Virus record (IMG/VR): IMGVR_UViG_3300031087_000014 | Direction: 5' to 3' (one strand) | Origin: a virus | Length of the DNA stretch: 64,000 nt | Shown: positions 9,820 through 20,226 of the stretch, one piece after another | How positions within the stretch are numbered: the stretch's first letter is position 1 | How the letters are laid out: the number at the start of each line of letters is the position of its first letter | Notes under the pieces: generated by a model | Databases searched by the model: none | Seen by the model: only the letters and a program-made list of their open reading frames with translations | What the model was told of the DNA's origin: nothing | Made by a program: the position numbers and the translations under genes

Positions 9820-10800
9820 ATGGAATTTACTAACGATCAGGGATATGTAGCAACTATCATCGCAGACTCAATCTCACCGACAGGTAAGCGAATCACAACA
9901 TTCGAACTTACTTACCCACGTATGGTTCACTCTGAAATGATGACTCACCGCCTATTCAGCCGTAATGCTGCATCAAGCCGTGCAATCCCTGTAACCAAGC
10001 TGATCGAACTAATCAGGACTAAGCCTGCCCGACCTTACCGCTTTGGTCAGAATCAACCTGGTATGCAAGATAAAGGCGTAGATTTCGATGCTCCTATTCA
10101 GGCAGGATACTCTGCACAGGAATGGTGGGATCTTGCAGCACTAAGCGCGATTCGATTTGCCGAAGAGTACACAGCAGCAGGTTATCACAAACAGGTAGCA
10201 AACCGTTTACTGGAACCTTTCCAGTTTATCAAAACCGTTTTGACAGCTACAGAGTTTGCTAACTTCTGGTGGTTGCGTATTGATGCTGACGCAGATCCTT
10301 CCATCAAAGCTATTGCTGAGTTGATGAAGCAAGCTATTGATGTTTCTAAGCCGGAAGCCCTTGAACCTGGTCAGTGGCATACTCCGTATGTTGACCACGC
10401 ATATGAACATCTGACGGATGATGGCCCAGGTATTTTTGTAGGTTATTGCTTGCAAAATGAAGACGGTACAACTACTATGCTTACCGAACAAGAGGCTCTT
10501 GCTATCTCTTCTTCGTGTTGTGCTCAGGTAAGTTATCGTGTTCTGAATAACACCAAAGATAAAGCGCTGGATATTTACGGCAAGCTGTTATCAGGTGCAA
10601 AAGTTCACGCATCACCTTTCGAACATCAGGCAACGCCAATGATTATTGAGTCTGTGGAGTGTTTTGGTGACTTCTCCCGATTCTTAGATGGTGATCTTTC
10701 TGGATACACTCACGTTGATAAAAACGGTATGTTCTGGTCAGGAAATCTTCAAGGTTTTGTTCAGCATCGACAATTACTGGAAAATCATTCGGAATGGTAA
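9820..10800 (+). CDS. thyX: flavin-dependent thymidylate synthase
   Basis: THRLFSRNAASSR and HASPFEH phage ThyX signatures. Confidence 0.85.
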   Translation: MEFTNDQGYVATIIADSISPTGKRITTFELTYPRMVHSEMMTHRLFSRNAASSRAIPVTKLIELIRTKPARPYRFGQNQPGMQDKGVDFDAPIQAGYSAQEWWDLAALSAIRFAEEYTAAGYHKQVANRLLEPFQFIKTVLTATEFANFWWLRIDADADPSIKAIAELMKQAIDVSKPEALEPGQWHTPYVDHAYEHLTDDGPGIFVGYCLQNEDGTTTMLTEQEALAISSSCCAQVSYRVLNNTKDKALDIYGKLLSGAKVHASPFEHQATPMIIESVECFGDFSRFLDGDLSGYTHVDKNGMFWSGNLQGFVQHRQLLENHSEW

Positions 10801-10808
10801 GAAAGTAG

Positions 10809-10838
10809 TTGACAGATAAGTAGGTTTTGTAGTAGTAT
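10809..10838 (+). promoter_or_regulatory. sigma70-type promoter
   Basis: TTGACA-N18-TAGTAT, intergenic. Confidence 0.6.
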
Positions 10839-10898
10839 TATCCCACGTTTGAGAGGGAGCATTTCCCTCTCCACTATTTAGATTAGGAGAAGCAAAAT

Positions 10899-11315
10899 AT
10901 GTCACTGATTAACACCACCGTATACGGCTCTGTAAGTATGTCCACCATCAAAGCAACCCCAGAATGGAAAGCTGTTGCTGATTCAAATGGTAATATCCCT
11001 CGTGAACTATTCAGTAAGACATTTAAGCTAGCTCTGCACTTCCTTGGTTGGGATTCAGAAAAAGCAGGATACACTCGTGAAGAAGGTATCTATATCCGTA
11101 GCCAAGAACGTGAAGTAGTGTTCAAAACGAGCGTCTACCGTTTTCCAGTACGTAGCGATTATGCTTACAAGCGTATCTATGAGAAAATGGATATTCTCCA
11201 CGTTGGAGATGAAGAATTCAACGGATGGGGAGACATTCACACTAAACTCGCTGACTTCGGTAACGAACATCAGCCACCAACAGGCAGTAACTTTGCCGAC
11301 GACACCGAGGAATAA
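10899..11315 (+). CDS. hypothetical protein
   Basis: AGGAG SD and ORF. Confidence 0.65.
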   Translation: MSLINTTVYGSVSMSTIKATPEWKAVADSNGNIPRELFSKTFKLALHFLGWDSEKAGYTREEGIYIRSQEREVVFKTSVYRFPVRSDYAYKRIYEKMDILHVGDEEFNGWGDIHTKLADFGNEHQPPTGSNFADDTEE

Positions 11316-11560
11316 TGGCTAAGAATACCAAACCCAAAGATAGATTCGCAGGATGCGTTACAGAAACCTATTTCGATAAAGATATGAACTGTAACGTGAC
11401 CGTTATTTTAGATACATCAGAAAGATTAAGTCCTAGCAGAAAAGCAGCAGATCAGAAAGCCAAAGAACGTGGATTTGAAGATATCGATCATTTTGAAGGT
11501 TATCTGTATGCAAACAGCTTATATACGGACTTAAAGCCAGGCAGTGATGTAGAACTGTAA
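11315..11560 (+). CDS. hypothetical protein
   Basis: Stop/start overlap with the upstream gene. Confidence 0.6.
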   Translation: MAKNTKPKDRFAGCVTETYFDKDMNCNVTVILDTSERLSPSRKAADQKAKERGFEDIDHFEGYLYANSLYTDLKPGSDVEL

Positions 11561-11580
11561 TTTAGAATAAGGAAAAGACA

Positions 11581-13893
11581 TTGATTAACTTCGTAACAAA
11601 AGCTAATGGTAAGAAAGAACCTTTTAATCCAGAGAAACTTCGTAAATGGTCTGACTTTGCAAAAAAGATCAAGCGGAATAAAGGTAAAGTTAGCTGGAGT
11701 GAGATCGAGTTAGAAGCAGTCAAACGTGGGTATGACGGAATGCCCACTTCCGAACTGCATAACGCTATGATTTCAGCTTGTATCAGCAAACAAACACAAC
11801 CATACGCAGATTTCGCAGCGCGGCTTCTGATTGGTCGTCTGTATAAACAAGCACACGGAGGTTTCAGTAAGATTCCTTCTCTGCTTGAGTTTTATAACAC
11901 CAGTGTAAAATCTGAATACTGGATTGATATGGATTACACCGAAGAAGAGATCAACGCTCTCGGGAAAGTAATTGACCATAACAAAAACTTGGATTATGAT
12001 TACAGCGTCTTACGTCAGATGGAAGATAAATATCTGGTGCGTGATGTAATCAACGGAGTAGTACACGAAACTCCTCAGTTCCTGTTTATGGGCCTGGCGA
12101 TGAAAGTGATGGAGAAGCAGCCTAAAGAAACTCGTCTTCTGGATGTTACTCAACTGTACACATACACCAGCGATTTGAAGATCAACCTGCCGTCTCCGTA
12201 TCTGACAACAGTACGTACTCGGATCTTGGGTAGCGCTTCTTGCTGTCTGTTCCGTGCAGATGATACTGCTCAGTCTCAGCGTATCGCTAATACGATTGCT
12301 CACGAGTATACACTGAATAACGCAGGTATTGGTGTTAACATCTCTACTCGTGCTACAGGCCAGGGCGTAAAGAATAACCGAATCGTTCACGGCGGTATGC
12401 TTCCTTACCTTCGTTGGATGGAGAGCAGCGTTGGTGCGTCGAAACAAGCCTCTCGTGGTGGTAGTGCAACAATTACGTTCACCTGCTTGGAGCCGGACTT
12501 TGATGACCTTGTACGACTGAAAAACCCAACTACACCAAATAACAAACGTGTAGATAAACTGGACTACTCAGTTGTGGTGAATAACGCATTCCTTCGTCGT
12601 GCAGCACAAGGCAAGGAGTGGATGCTGGTGAGTGTTAACGAAGCTCCAGAACTGTATGATGCGCTCTACGCCTCAGAAGAAGAGTTTGAGGAAGTATATG
12701 AGCTTGTAAGTCGTAAACGAATCAAGAAGACTGTGGTTAAGGCTCGTGATATGCTGGTGGAAATCATCAAGCAACGTGCAGAGACCGGACGTATTTATAT
12801 TTTCTTCGCAGATAACGTAAACCGTCATACACCTTTCTTGGACACGATCTTCCAGTCAAATTTGTGTCAGGAAATCTTCTTGCCTACAAAGGCATTCCAG
12901 AAAATGAGTGATCTGGATACTGGTGAGAATACTGATACATCAGAACTGGCGCTGTGCTTCCTAGCTTCTATCGTTGCAGGACGTGTTACTCCAGAAGAAT
13001 ACGAGGATGTTGCTTACTACACAGTATTAACGATTGACAACATTATCGAAGATATGGTGTATCCATTCTATCATAATGAAGTAACAGCTAAGGCTCGTCG
13101 CTCTATTGGTGTTGGTATCACAAACCTAGCTCACTATCTGGCAGCAAGCGATGCATCTTATACCGATGAAAAAGGTAAGGTGTTAATGCACGAACTGGCT
13201 GAACGTCATTACTTCTGGTTGGCTAAAGCCTCTCTTCGCTTAGGTAAAGAGAAAGGTAATGCCGAGTGGATGGATAAAACCAAGTGGCCTCAAGGTTGGT
13301 TGCCTATTGACACTTACTCTAAAGCTGTTGATGACATTGCAGACTTTGAGTTGAAGATGGATTGGGAAACTCTCCGTTCAGAGATTATTGCTAATGGTGG
13401 TATCCGTAACAGTGTTCTAACAGCAGTTGCACCGAATGAATCATCTTCTTTGGTGAGTAATACAACAAACAGTCTGTACCCTGTGCGTGACACAATTATC
13501 TTTAAGCAAAGTCAGAAAGGTAACGTGCTATTCATCGTTCCTGAATATGATCGACTGAAAGATAAATACCAGATTGCCTGGGATGTACCTCATAAGCATA
13601 TGGCTGAATGCTACGGCATCTTCACTAAGTTTATGGATCAGGGTATCTCTTGTGATGAATGGGCTGACTACACCAAGTCAGAAGACGGAAAACTGTCTTA
13701 CAAGACGGAGATTCAGTTTATCCTGACAATGGCTAAGCTGGGGGCTAAATCTCTGTACTATATGAACAGCCGCACCAAATCCTCTGAAACAATGGCAGAT
13801 CAAGATCTTAAAGCCTTGGGTATGGAAGCAAATGCACTTGAACAGCTTCCTGACGAAGAGGAAGAAGATGGTTGTGAAGCGTGTAAAATGTGA
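11581..13893 (+). CDS. nrdA: ribonucleotide reductase class Ia alpha subunit
   Basis: ATP-cone-like N-terminus, SCC, SNLCQE, APNESSS, KSLYY, C-terminal CEAC. Confidence 0.95.
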   Translation: MINFVTKANGKKEPFNPEKLRKWSDFAKKIKRNKGKVSWSEIELEAVKRGYDGMPTSELHNAMISACISKQTQPYADFAARLLIGRLYKQAHGGFSKIPSLLEFYNTSVKSEYWIDMDYTEEEINALGKVIDHNKNLDYDYSVLRQMEDKYLVRDVINGVVHETPQFLFMGLAMKVMEKQPKETRLLDVTQLYTYTSDLKINLPSPYLTTVRTRILGSASCCLFRADDTAQSQRIANTIAHEYTLNNAGIGVNISTRATGQGVKNNRIVHGGMLPYLRWMESSVGASKQASRGGSATITFTCLEPDFDDLVRLKNPTTPNNKRVDKLDYSVVVNNAFLRRAAQGKEWMLVSVNEAPELYDALYASEEEFEEVYELVSRKRIKKTVVKARDMLVEIIKQRAETGRIYIFFADNVNRHTPFLDTIFQSNLCQEIFLPTKAFQKMSDLDTGENTDTSELALCFLASIVAGRVTPEEYEDVAYYTVLTIDNIIEDMVYPFYHNEVTAKARRSIGVGITNLAHYLAASDASYTDEKGKVLMHELAERHYFWLAKASLRLGKEKGNAEWMDKTKWPQGWLPIDTYSKAVDDIADFELKMDWETLRSEIIANGGIRNSVLTAVAPNESSSLVSNTTNSLYPVRDTIIFKQSQKGNVLFIVPEYDRLKDKYQIAWDVPHKHMAECYGIFTKFMDQGISCDEWADYTKSEDGKLSYKTEIQFILTMAKLGAKSLYYMNSRTKSSETMADQDLKALGMEANALEQLPDEEEEDGCEACKM

Positions 13894-13895
13894 AT

Positions 13896-13919
13896 AAAGG
13901 GCTTCGGCCCTTTTTCTTT
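13896..13919 (+). terminator. intrinsic terminator
   Basis: AAAGGGC-TTCG-GCCCTTT plus T-tract. Confidence 0.75.
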
Positions 13920-13929
13920 GGGAGTAAGA

Positions 13930-14412
13930 ATGTACTTACCGATAAATGATGGTGTTGATCACATAAACATCTACACCAAAGGAAAGACGCTTCTTGGTAG
14001 ACGGTTAACAAACTTATCTAACGATAGAGTTGACGTTACCGGCTACGGAAAGTTTGCATCTCTCGAAGGTTTCTGGTATTATTATCTAACGGGATCTAAA
14101 GACGAGTCTCTAAGAGGTATGTCTGGATTCGAAGCAAAGAAGCACGGACGTAAGATAGAAGGTAGGATCGATGAAGACGGGATGACCGAAGAACACAAAG
14201 ATGTGTTAAGAGAAGCTATCCGGTGCAAACTACGTCAGAATAAAGACCTGCTTAAAATGTTGGTGGAGTCAACTCTGCCGCTCACTCATTATTATTTCTA
14301 CGGGAAAGAGGATAATCCCCGAGTTCACTACTTGGAACAGTTTAATTGGATTACCGAAGAAATAGAAAGAATACGAACAGTATGTAAGGAGCACTATGGG
14401 ATCTCTAATTGA
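13930..14412 (+). CDS. NADAR-like (T4 gp30.3-like) protein
   Basis: LTNL...FASLEGFW...AKKHGR...KLRQN..LLKMLVEST resembles the NADAR pattern. Confidence 0.5.
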   Translation: MYLPINDGVDHINIYTKGKTLLGRRLTNLSNDRVDVTGYGKFASLEGFWYYYLTGSKDESLRGMSGFEAKKHGRKIEGRIDEDGMTEEHKDVLREAIRCKLRQNKDLLKMLVESTLPLTHYYFYGKEDNPRVHYLEQFNWITEEIERIRTVCKEHYGISN

Positions 14413-14551
14413 AGTTAAACTATCACTAGGTGAACTATCAGCCTTGATTGACCTTATTGAGATGGCTCAAGATCATAATATTTCCCTGAGCGAATCTCAG
14501 AAGGAAGTTTATAAATACCTACAAAGCAAAGAAGCGGAGGAACTAATCTAA
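14396..14551 (+). CDS. small hypothetical protein (51 aa, not in ORF track)
   Basis: AAGGAG SD, MGSLIEVKLSLGEL...; stop overlaps the nrdB ATG. Confidence 0.6.
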   Translation: MGSLIEVKLSLGELSALIDLIEMAQDHNISLSESQKEVYKYLQSKEAEELI

Positions 14552-15645
14552 TGGCAGCAATCAACCTTAAGAATGACAACTATAAAAGCGGCATCTACCC
14601 TGTATTCTTAGGACAACAGTTAGGCATCTACGACAGTATCAATAAAGCCTATCCAGAAATGTTTGACCTGTATAAAAAGCAAAAGGCGCAAGATTGGGCA
14701 GAGGATGAAGTTGACCTAGACCAATCACGTAAAGACTTTGCAACTTGCTCTCAGAATAACTTCGATGTTATGATCAAGACGCTCAGCTTCCAGTGGGAAA
14801 ACGACTCCCTGGCAAAATCAATCATCACATTGTTTGCTCCGTTCTTGACAAACAATGAAGCAAGTGCAATGATGCTGAAACAATCTGAGGTAGAACTGCT
14901 TCACGCACTCACCTACTCAGAAATCGTGCGTCAGTGTGTGAAAGACCCAAACAAAGTTATTGATGAAATCGTTAAGAACGAAAGTATCTTCAACCGTATG
15001 GGTATCGTAGAAGAAGTAATGTCAGAACTTGAGATTGCAGGCCACAAGTATGCTCTCGGGATGCTGACTGTAGAGAATGACGGCCCTTACATCCGACAGC
15101 TTCTGCTGGAAGGTATGGTTGCTCTGATTGCCTTAGAAGGTATTCAGTTTATGTCTTCGTTCTCTGCAACGTTTGCCCTGGCTGAACAAGGCTTGTTCAT
15201 CGGTGCAGCTAAACTGGTTCAGAAAATTATGCTGGATGAAATGTTGCACGTCCGTATGGATTATGCTATCATCGACGCATTGTTAAAAGATCCCGTTTGG
15301 GCAGCAGCCTATGAAACAGCTAAACCACGTCTGAAACTTATCTTAGACACGGTGGTTGCCCAGGAACGACAGTGGGCTAAGTATCTGTTTAGCGAAGGAC
15401 GTGTTGTTGTAGGCTTGAATGAAGTACTGATGATGGAATGGGTGTATTACAATTGTGCTCCTATTTATCGTCGTCTGAAACTCAAAGCAGACTTCAAAGC
15501 CCCTAAGCAAAACCCTACTCCTTGGATGGACTTCTGGACTGATCCAGATAAAACTCAAGCAGCAGCACAAGAGATTCAGCTCACAAACTATAAACTCAAC
15601 TCAATGAAACAAGATTTCAGCGACGAAGAGAAATTTGATTTTTAA
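14551..15645 (+). CDS. nrdB: ribonucleotide reductase class Ia beta subunit
   Basis: W.EDEVDL, END, E..H..TYS, LEGIQFMSSF and DEMLH di-iron/tyrosyl motifs. Confidence 0.95.
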   Translation: MAAINLKNDNYKSGIYPVFLGQQLGIYDSINKAYPEMFDLYKKQKAQDWAEDEVDLDQSRKDFATCSQNNFDVMIKTLSFQWENDSLAKSIITLFAPFLTNNEASAMMLKQSEVELLHALTYSEIVRQCVKDPNKVIDEIVKNESIFNRMGIVEEVMSELEIAGHKYALGMLTVENDGPYIRQLLLEGMVALIALEGIQFMSSFSATFALAEQGLFIGAAKLVQKIMLDEMLHVRMDYAIIDALLKDPVWAAAYETAKPRLKLILDTVVAQERQWAKYLFSEGRVVVGLNEVLMMEWVYYNCAPIYRRLKLKADFKAPKQNPTPWMDFWTDPDKTQAAAQEIQLTNYKLNSMKQDFSDEEKFDF

Positions 15646-15654
15646 GGAGCACTA

Positions 15655-15915
15655 ATGACAGCAGTATATCAGAAGCCAGTGTATGATGTTGTAGTCGGTG
15701 ACGAGATCCTATATACGGAAGATGAAGACGGTGGAAACCAGATCTTCAAGAAAGTAGTAGGTGAACCGTTCACTGTTTATGAACCATATGACACTAATAA
15801 GTATGGGACTTTCTGGGCAAGTGGAGATGTAATTTTCCAGCTTGAAGACGATACATACACTGGCGGTGATCGTGGAACGATTATCACTGTCAAAGACCAA
15901 TCAGCAGGAGAGTAA
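15655..15915 (+). CDS. hypothetical acidic protein
   Basis: AAGGAG SD and ORF. Confidence 0.6.
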   Translation: MTAVYQKPVYDVVVGDEILYTEDEDGGNQIFKKVVGEPFTVYEPYDTNKYGTFWASGDVIFQLEDDTYTGGDRGTIITVKDQSAGE

Positions 15916-15917
15916 TA

Positions 15918-16136
15918 ATGACTACGAGTATTGTTAAACTGTCAGACATTAAGAAAGGCGATTATCTGGAAGTTCAAGAAGACTTCTATATGACTGCCAA
16001 TCAGGACGCAGAACTATTAACAGAAGATGTGGATTTCCCTATTCATATCGATGCTGGTAATTGGTTAGTTGTTACCGATACCCAAGCTTTCATCTACGGC
16101 CCTGCCGATTTGGAACTTACTTTAGTAACATCGTAA
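15918..16136 (+). CDS. hypothetical acidic protein
   Basis: AGGAG SD and ORF. Confidence 0.6.
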   Translation: MTTSIVKLSDIKKGDYLEVQEDFYMTANQDAELLTEDVDFPIHIDAGNWLVVTDTQAFIYGPADLELTLVTS

Positions 16137-16141
16137 TATTC

Positions 16142-16162
16142 AAGGGGCTTCGGCCCCTTTTT
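16142..16162 (+). terminator. intrinsic terminator
   Basis: AAGGGGC-TTCG-GCCCCTT plus TTT. Confidence 0.75.
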
Positions 16163-16177
16163 AGATTGAGGAGACGT

Positions 16178-17167
16178 ATGAGAATTCTAGTAACAGGTGG
16201 AGCAGGCTTTATTGGAAGTGCTGTTGTTCGCCAACTTCTTGAGACCACGGACGCTCAGATAGCTGTCGTGGATAAAATGGGATATGCGTCTGATCTGAGA
16301 AACGCACCTATTCTGGACAACCCAAGAGTAGTATTTTATGAGTTTGACTTGGCGTTGTCGTTCAGAGTGAACTCTATGATCGAAGATTTCGATCCACACA
16401 TCATTATGCATCTTGCCGCAGAGAGTCACGTTGACAACTCTATTGGAGATCCTGCACCATTTATTTATTCGAACATCATTGGAACTTTCAACCTACTGGA
16501 AGCAGTGAGGAATCGTTCTAACAGTTTGATGTTGTTCCATCACATTTCAACCGACGAGGTGTATGGGGATCTGAGTGATCGAGAAGAAGAGAATGCCAAG
16601 TTCAAGGAGACAGATGCCTACGATCCTAGTAGCCCTTATTCTGCATCTAAAGCAGCCAGTGATCATTTAGTCAGATCTTGGGGAAGAACATATAAAATCC
16701 CTGTGGTGGTAACAAACTGCTCTAACAACTACGGGCCATACCATCACCCTGAAAAACTAATCCCTTCTGTAATCACAAATGCGCTAAAAGGTAGTCCGAT
16801 CCGTGTCTACGGCAAGGGAAACCAAATTCGTGATTGGTTATATGTAGAAGACCACGCAAGAGCGCTGATTCAGGTAGCAACAAGCGGTAAAGATGGTGAG
16901 ACATATAACATTGGTGGATGTAACGAACGTACCAATCTACAGGTCGTACAAGCGATTCTAAGCCGTCTTAAAGAAAAGACAGGCAAAGACTACAGTCAAC
17001 TCGTTACGCACGTCCCAGACCGTCCAGGGCACGATTATCGCTATGCTATCAATGCTGACAAGATTATTTCTGAATTGGGCTGGTATCCGCAGGAAACCTT
17101 CGAGTCAGGTATTGTGAAAACTGTCGATTGGTATCTGGAAAACTTGGATTGGGTAGAGGGTAAATAA
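16178..17167 (+). CDS. rmlB: dTDP-glucose 4,6-dehydratase
   Basis: [38 protein letters not shown]; GAGGAG SD before ATG 16178. Confidence 0.97.
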   Translation: MRILVTGGAGFIGSAVVRQLLETTDAQIAVVDKMGYASDLRNAPILDNPRVVFYEFDLALSFRVNSMIEDFDPHIIMHLAAESHVDNSIGDPAPFIYSNIIGTFNLLEAVRNRSNSLMLFHHISTDEVYGDLSDREEENAKFKETDAYDPSSPYSASKAASDHLVRSWGRTYKIPVVVTNCSNNYGPYHHPEKLIPSVITNALKGSPIRVYGKGNQIRDWLYVEDHARALIQVATSGKDGETYNIGGCNERTNLQVVQAILSRLKEKTGKDYSQLVTHVPDRPGHDYRYAINADKIISELGWYPQETFESGIVKTVDWYLENLDWVEGK

Positions 17168-18051
17168 TGAAAGGAATTATTCTGGCTGGCGGGAGTGGAA
17201 CCCGCCTACATCCAGTGACAAAAGGCGTAAGCAAACAGTTATTGCCTGTCTATGATAAACCAATGGTGTACTATCCACTCTCAGTGCTTATGCTAGCAGG
17301 AATACGTGAGATTCTAATCATCACTACACCCAAAGATAAGGCAGCATTCGTAGAGCTACTTGGGGATGGGAGTACTTGGGGATTAACCCTGTCCTATGCT
17401 ACACAAGATCAGCCTAACGGTTTGGCAGAAGCATTCATTATTGGGGAAGACTTCATTGCAGGTGATGATGTTGCGTTGGTATTAGGAGATAATCTATTCT
17501 TTGGGGAAAGCTTCACAGAGAAACTAATTCGAGTCCGAACCAGGGTGGAACAATATGGAGGTGCGGGTATCTTTGCTTATGAGGTAAAAGACCCTCAGAG
17601 ATTTGGTGTTGTCTGTAAAGACGAACGCAACCGTGTGGTGTCTATCGAAGAAAAGCCAACTGATCCTAAGTCAAACTTAGCTGTAACTGGCTTGTATTTC
17701 TACGATTACACAGTTGTAGAAAAAGCAAAGAGTGTTAAACCTTCTCAGCGGGGAGAGTTAGAGATTACCGATATAAATAACTTTTATATCGAAGATGAAA
17801 ATCTTTCTGTAGAGGTATTGGGGCGAGGGTTTGCTTGGCTAGACACAGGAACCCACGAAAGTTTATTAGAAGCCGCTGGATATGTAAGAACACTGCAAAG
17901 ACAGCAAGGAACGTATATTGCCTGTCTGGAAGAGATTGCTTATAAGAAAGGCTGGATCAGTCGAGAACAACTCTTAGCAAGTGGTCAGGAGTTATCTAAG
18001 ATCGAATACGGATCATACATTTTAAAATTGTTTGGGGAGACTATTAAGTGA
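17167..18051 (+). CDS. rmlA: glucose-1-phosphate thymidylyltransferase
   Basis: [37 protein letters not shown]. Confidence 0.97.
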   Translation: MKGIILAGGSGTRLHPVTKGVSKQLLPVYDKPMVYYPLSVLMLAGIREILIITTPKDKAAFVELLGDGSTWGLTLSYATQDQPNGLAEAFIIGEDFIAGDDVALVLGDNLFFGESFTEKLIRVRTRVEQYGGAGIFAYEVKDPQRFGVVCKDERNRVVSIEEKPTDPKSNLAVTGLYFYDYTVVEKAKSVKPSQRGELEITDINNFYIEDENLSVEVLGRGFAWLDTGTHESLLEAAGYVRTLQRQQGTYIACLEEIAYKKGWISREQLLASGQELSKIEYGSYILKLFGETIK

Positions 18052-18599
18052 AAGTAAAGAGTTTTGATATTGAGGGATTGAAACTTTTCAGTCCCAAGAT
18101 CTTCGGGGATGAAAGAGGTTATTTCTACGAGTCTTTCAACCAAGCGGATTATGACGAACATATTGGTTATGAGATATTCGTTCAGGACAACGTTTCCAAG
18201 TCTAAGAGAGGAGTGCTTCGTGGTATGCACTTCCAGACACAGAACCCTCAAGGTAAACTTGTCCGTGTAATGTCGGGTAGCGTCTACGATGTAGCTGTTG
18301 ACCTGAGAGAAGGATCTTCTACCTTTGGTCAGTGGGAAGGCGTGGTTTTGAGTGATCGTAATAAGAATATCTTCTGGATTCCACCTGGCTTTGCTCACGG
18401 TTTTGTTGTAATGAGCGAAGAGGTTATTTTTGAATACAAATGCACTCAGTTCTATCACCCAGCCTCAGAGGTAAGTTTGGCTTGGGATGATCCTGATGTT
18501 GGGATTGATTGGGGATTTGACTTAATGGGCAAGAACTTCAAAGTCACTCTATCGGATAAAGATGCAAATGCAAAATCACTTAAGGAGATCTTTGGATGA
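18048..18599 (+). CDS. rmlC: dTDP-4-dehydrorhamnose 3,5-epimerase
   Basis: DERGYF, QDNVS, LRGMHFQ, GFAHGF. Confidence 0.97.
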   Translation: MKVKSFDIEGLKLFSPKIFGDERGYFYESFNQADYDEHIGYEIFVQDNVSKSKRGVLRGMHFQTQNPQGKLVRVMSGSVYDVAVDLREGSSTFGQWEGVVLSDRNKNIFWIPPGFAHGFVVMSEEVIFEYKCTQFYHPASEVSLAWDDPDVGIDWGFDLMGKNFKVTLSDKDANAKSLKEIFG

Positions 18600-19417
18600 A
18601 ATATTTAGTCTTTGGTGGATATGGGCAGCTAGGATCTGCCCTAGCAAAATATAAGCCAGAAGGTGTTCAGGTTATTCAGCTAGATAGCGGAGCAGATATC
18701 ACTGATTACTTCAAGGTTAAATCTATTATTGATGAAGTTATGCCTGACGTTGTGGTTAACTGTGCAGCCTACACAAACGTTAATAAAGCAGAACAGGAAC
18801 AAGATAAAGCATTCTCCATTAATGCTCTTGGGCCTTCTATTCTGACCAAGCTTTGTTCAGACCGTCAGATCCGATTCATTCATATTTCATCGGACTATGT
18901 TTTCGATGGAAGAAAATCTGCACCTTATAACTCTTGGGATGATACAAACCCTCTGAACGTGTACGGGGTGACAAAAGAAGCAGGAGAGATCTTTGCATCT
19001 GGTCACAAGTGGTATAGCCCTCTGGTAATTAGAACATCTTGGGTGTATAGTGAGTTTGGAAACAACTTTGCTAAGACCATTCTGAAACGATTAGAAAATG
19101 GTATCACCGAGTTCAACGTAGTAGATGATCAGATAGGCACACCGACATACGCCGGACACATCGCGGAAGCTATCTTTGAATATTATGGCAAAGGCGACCT
19201 GTTCTTAGAGACAGGTATTGTTCACTTCTCGGGTAATCGAGCATTGAGTTGGTATGACTTCACAAAGTTATTGACACAGGATGTTGATTCTGTTATAGTC
19301 TCTCCAACGAAAACAGTGTCTCAAGTAGAGCGTCCAGCGTATTCCGCTTTAGCCTCTTCTTTTGGTATTTATAGCAATATCGAAGAAGGTATTCTGAGAA
19401 CAAAACAAAATCTTTAA
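18596..19417 (+). CDS. rmlD: dTDP-4-dehydrorhamnose reductase
   Basis: GGYGQLG, NCAAYT.V, SSDYVFDG, YGVTK, DQIGTPT. Confidence 0.95.
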   Translation: MKYLVFGGYGQLGSALAKYKPEGVQVIQLDSGADITDYFKVKSIIDEVMPDVVVNCAAYTNVNKAEQEQDKAFSINALGPSILTKLCSDRQIRFIHISSDYVFDGRKSAPYNSWDDTNPLNVYGVTKEAGEIFASGHKWYSPLVIRTSWVYSEFGNNFAKTILKRLENGITEFNVVDDQIGTPTYAGHIAEAIFEYYGKGDLFLETGIVHFSGNRALSWYDFTKLLTQDVDSVIVSPTKTVSQVERPAYSALASSFGIYSNIEEGILRTKQNL

Positions 19418-19428
19418 TAGGAGAAAAG

Positions 19429-19683
19429 ATGGTATTCACTATTTATGGCAAACCAAACTGCCCATATTGCACTCGTGCAACTGAAACTTTAATTTCCAAA
19501 GGTATTCACTTCGTGTACCTTACACTGGATGAAGATTTCACAGTACCAGAACTTATTGAACTGGTAGTTGCGAAAACAGGAGTTCGTCCCTCTACATTCC
19601 CTCAGATTTTCGTAAGAGATGAAGAGGAAACGGACACAACACACGTAGGAGGCTTTACTGAGTTAGTAAACTTCCTTAAGTAA
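19429..19683 (+). CDS. glutaredoxin
   Basis: CPYC, TFPQIF, VGGF. Confidence 0.92.
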   Translation: MVFTIYGKPNCPYCTRATETLISKGIHFVYLTLDEDFTVPELIELVVAKTGVRPSTFPQIFVRDEEETDTTHVGGFTELVNFLK

Positions 19684-19694
19684 AAGGAAAATAG

Positions 19695-20195
19695 ATGCCT
19701 AACGTATCAGACGCTTTCGGTATGTTGAAGCTGGATGAAGGTCTAAAGCTTAAGACATATAAGGACACAGAAGGTTACTGGACTATCGGGATTGGTCATC
19801 TTTTAACTAAGAAACCATCCTTGGACGTAGCAATAAGTGTTTTGGATTCCCAAGTAGGGAGAAAGACTCAAGGGTCTATCACCGAAGACGAAGCCCGAAA
19901 GCTGTTCCAAAGTGATGTTAACTCTGCTGTTAAGTCGATCAAGGTTGATTCAACACTCGGCCCACTTTACGCCAAATATGATGATGCAAGGAAACAAGCA
20001 CTGATTAATATGGTTTTCCAAATGGGGAGTGCAGGCACTGCATCTTTCAAAAATAGCTTAGGCTTGATTGCGGATAAGAATTACGCAGTTGCTGGGGCTA
20101 ATATGAGGAAGAGTAAGTGGTATCGCCAGACACCGAATAGAGCAGAACGTGTTATTAAGGTGTTAACAACAGGCACATTTGATGCCTACAACTAA
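19695..20195 (+). CDS. endolysin, T4-type lysozyme (GH24)
   Basis: DEGL...YKDTEGYWTIGIGHLL, ALINMVFQMG, SKWYRQTPNRA. Confidence 0.95.
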   Translation: MPNVSDAFGMLKLDEGLKLKTYKDTEGYWTIGIGHLLTKKPSLDVAISVLDSQVGRKTQGSITEDEARKLFQSDVNSAVKSIKVDSTLGPLYAKYDDARKQALINMVFQMGSAGTASFKNSLGLIADKNYAVAGANMRKSKWYRQTPNRAERVIKVLTTGTFDAYN

Positions 20196-20226
20196 TTAAG
20201 GGGCTTTGCCCCTTTCAGGAGCAATA

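Noticed and set aside
11581-15645. Intron or intein in nrdA or nrdB
   Set aside because: Both ORFs are uninterrupted and of normal length.
16061-16177. N-terminal extension of RmlB in the ORF track
   Set aside because: It crosses a terminator. The real start is ATG 16178 after GAGGAG.
16178-19417. Host O-antigen locus contamination
   Set aside because: The genes are flanked seamlessly by phage genes with phage-style terminator and SD signals; no wzx, wzy or glycosyltransferase genes.
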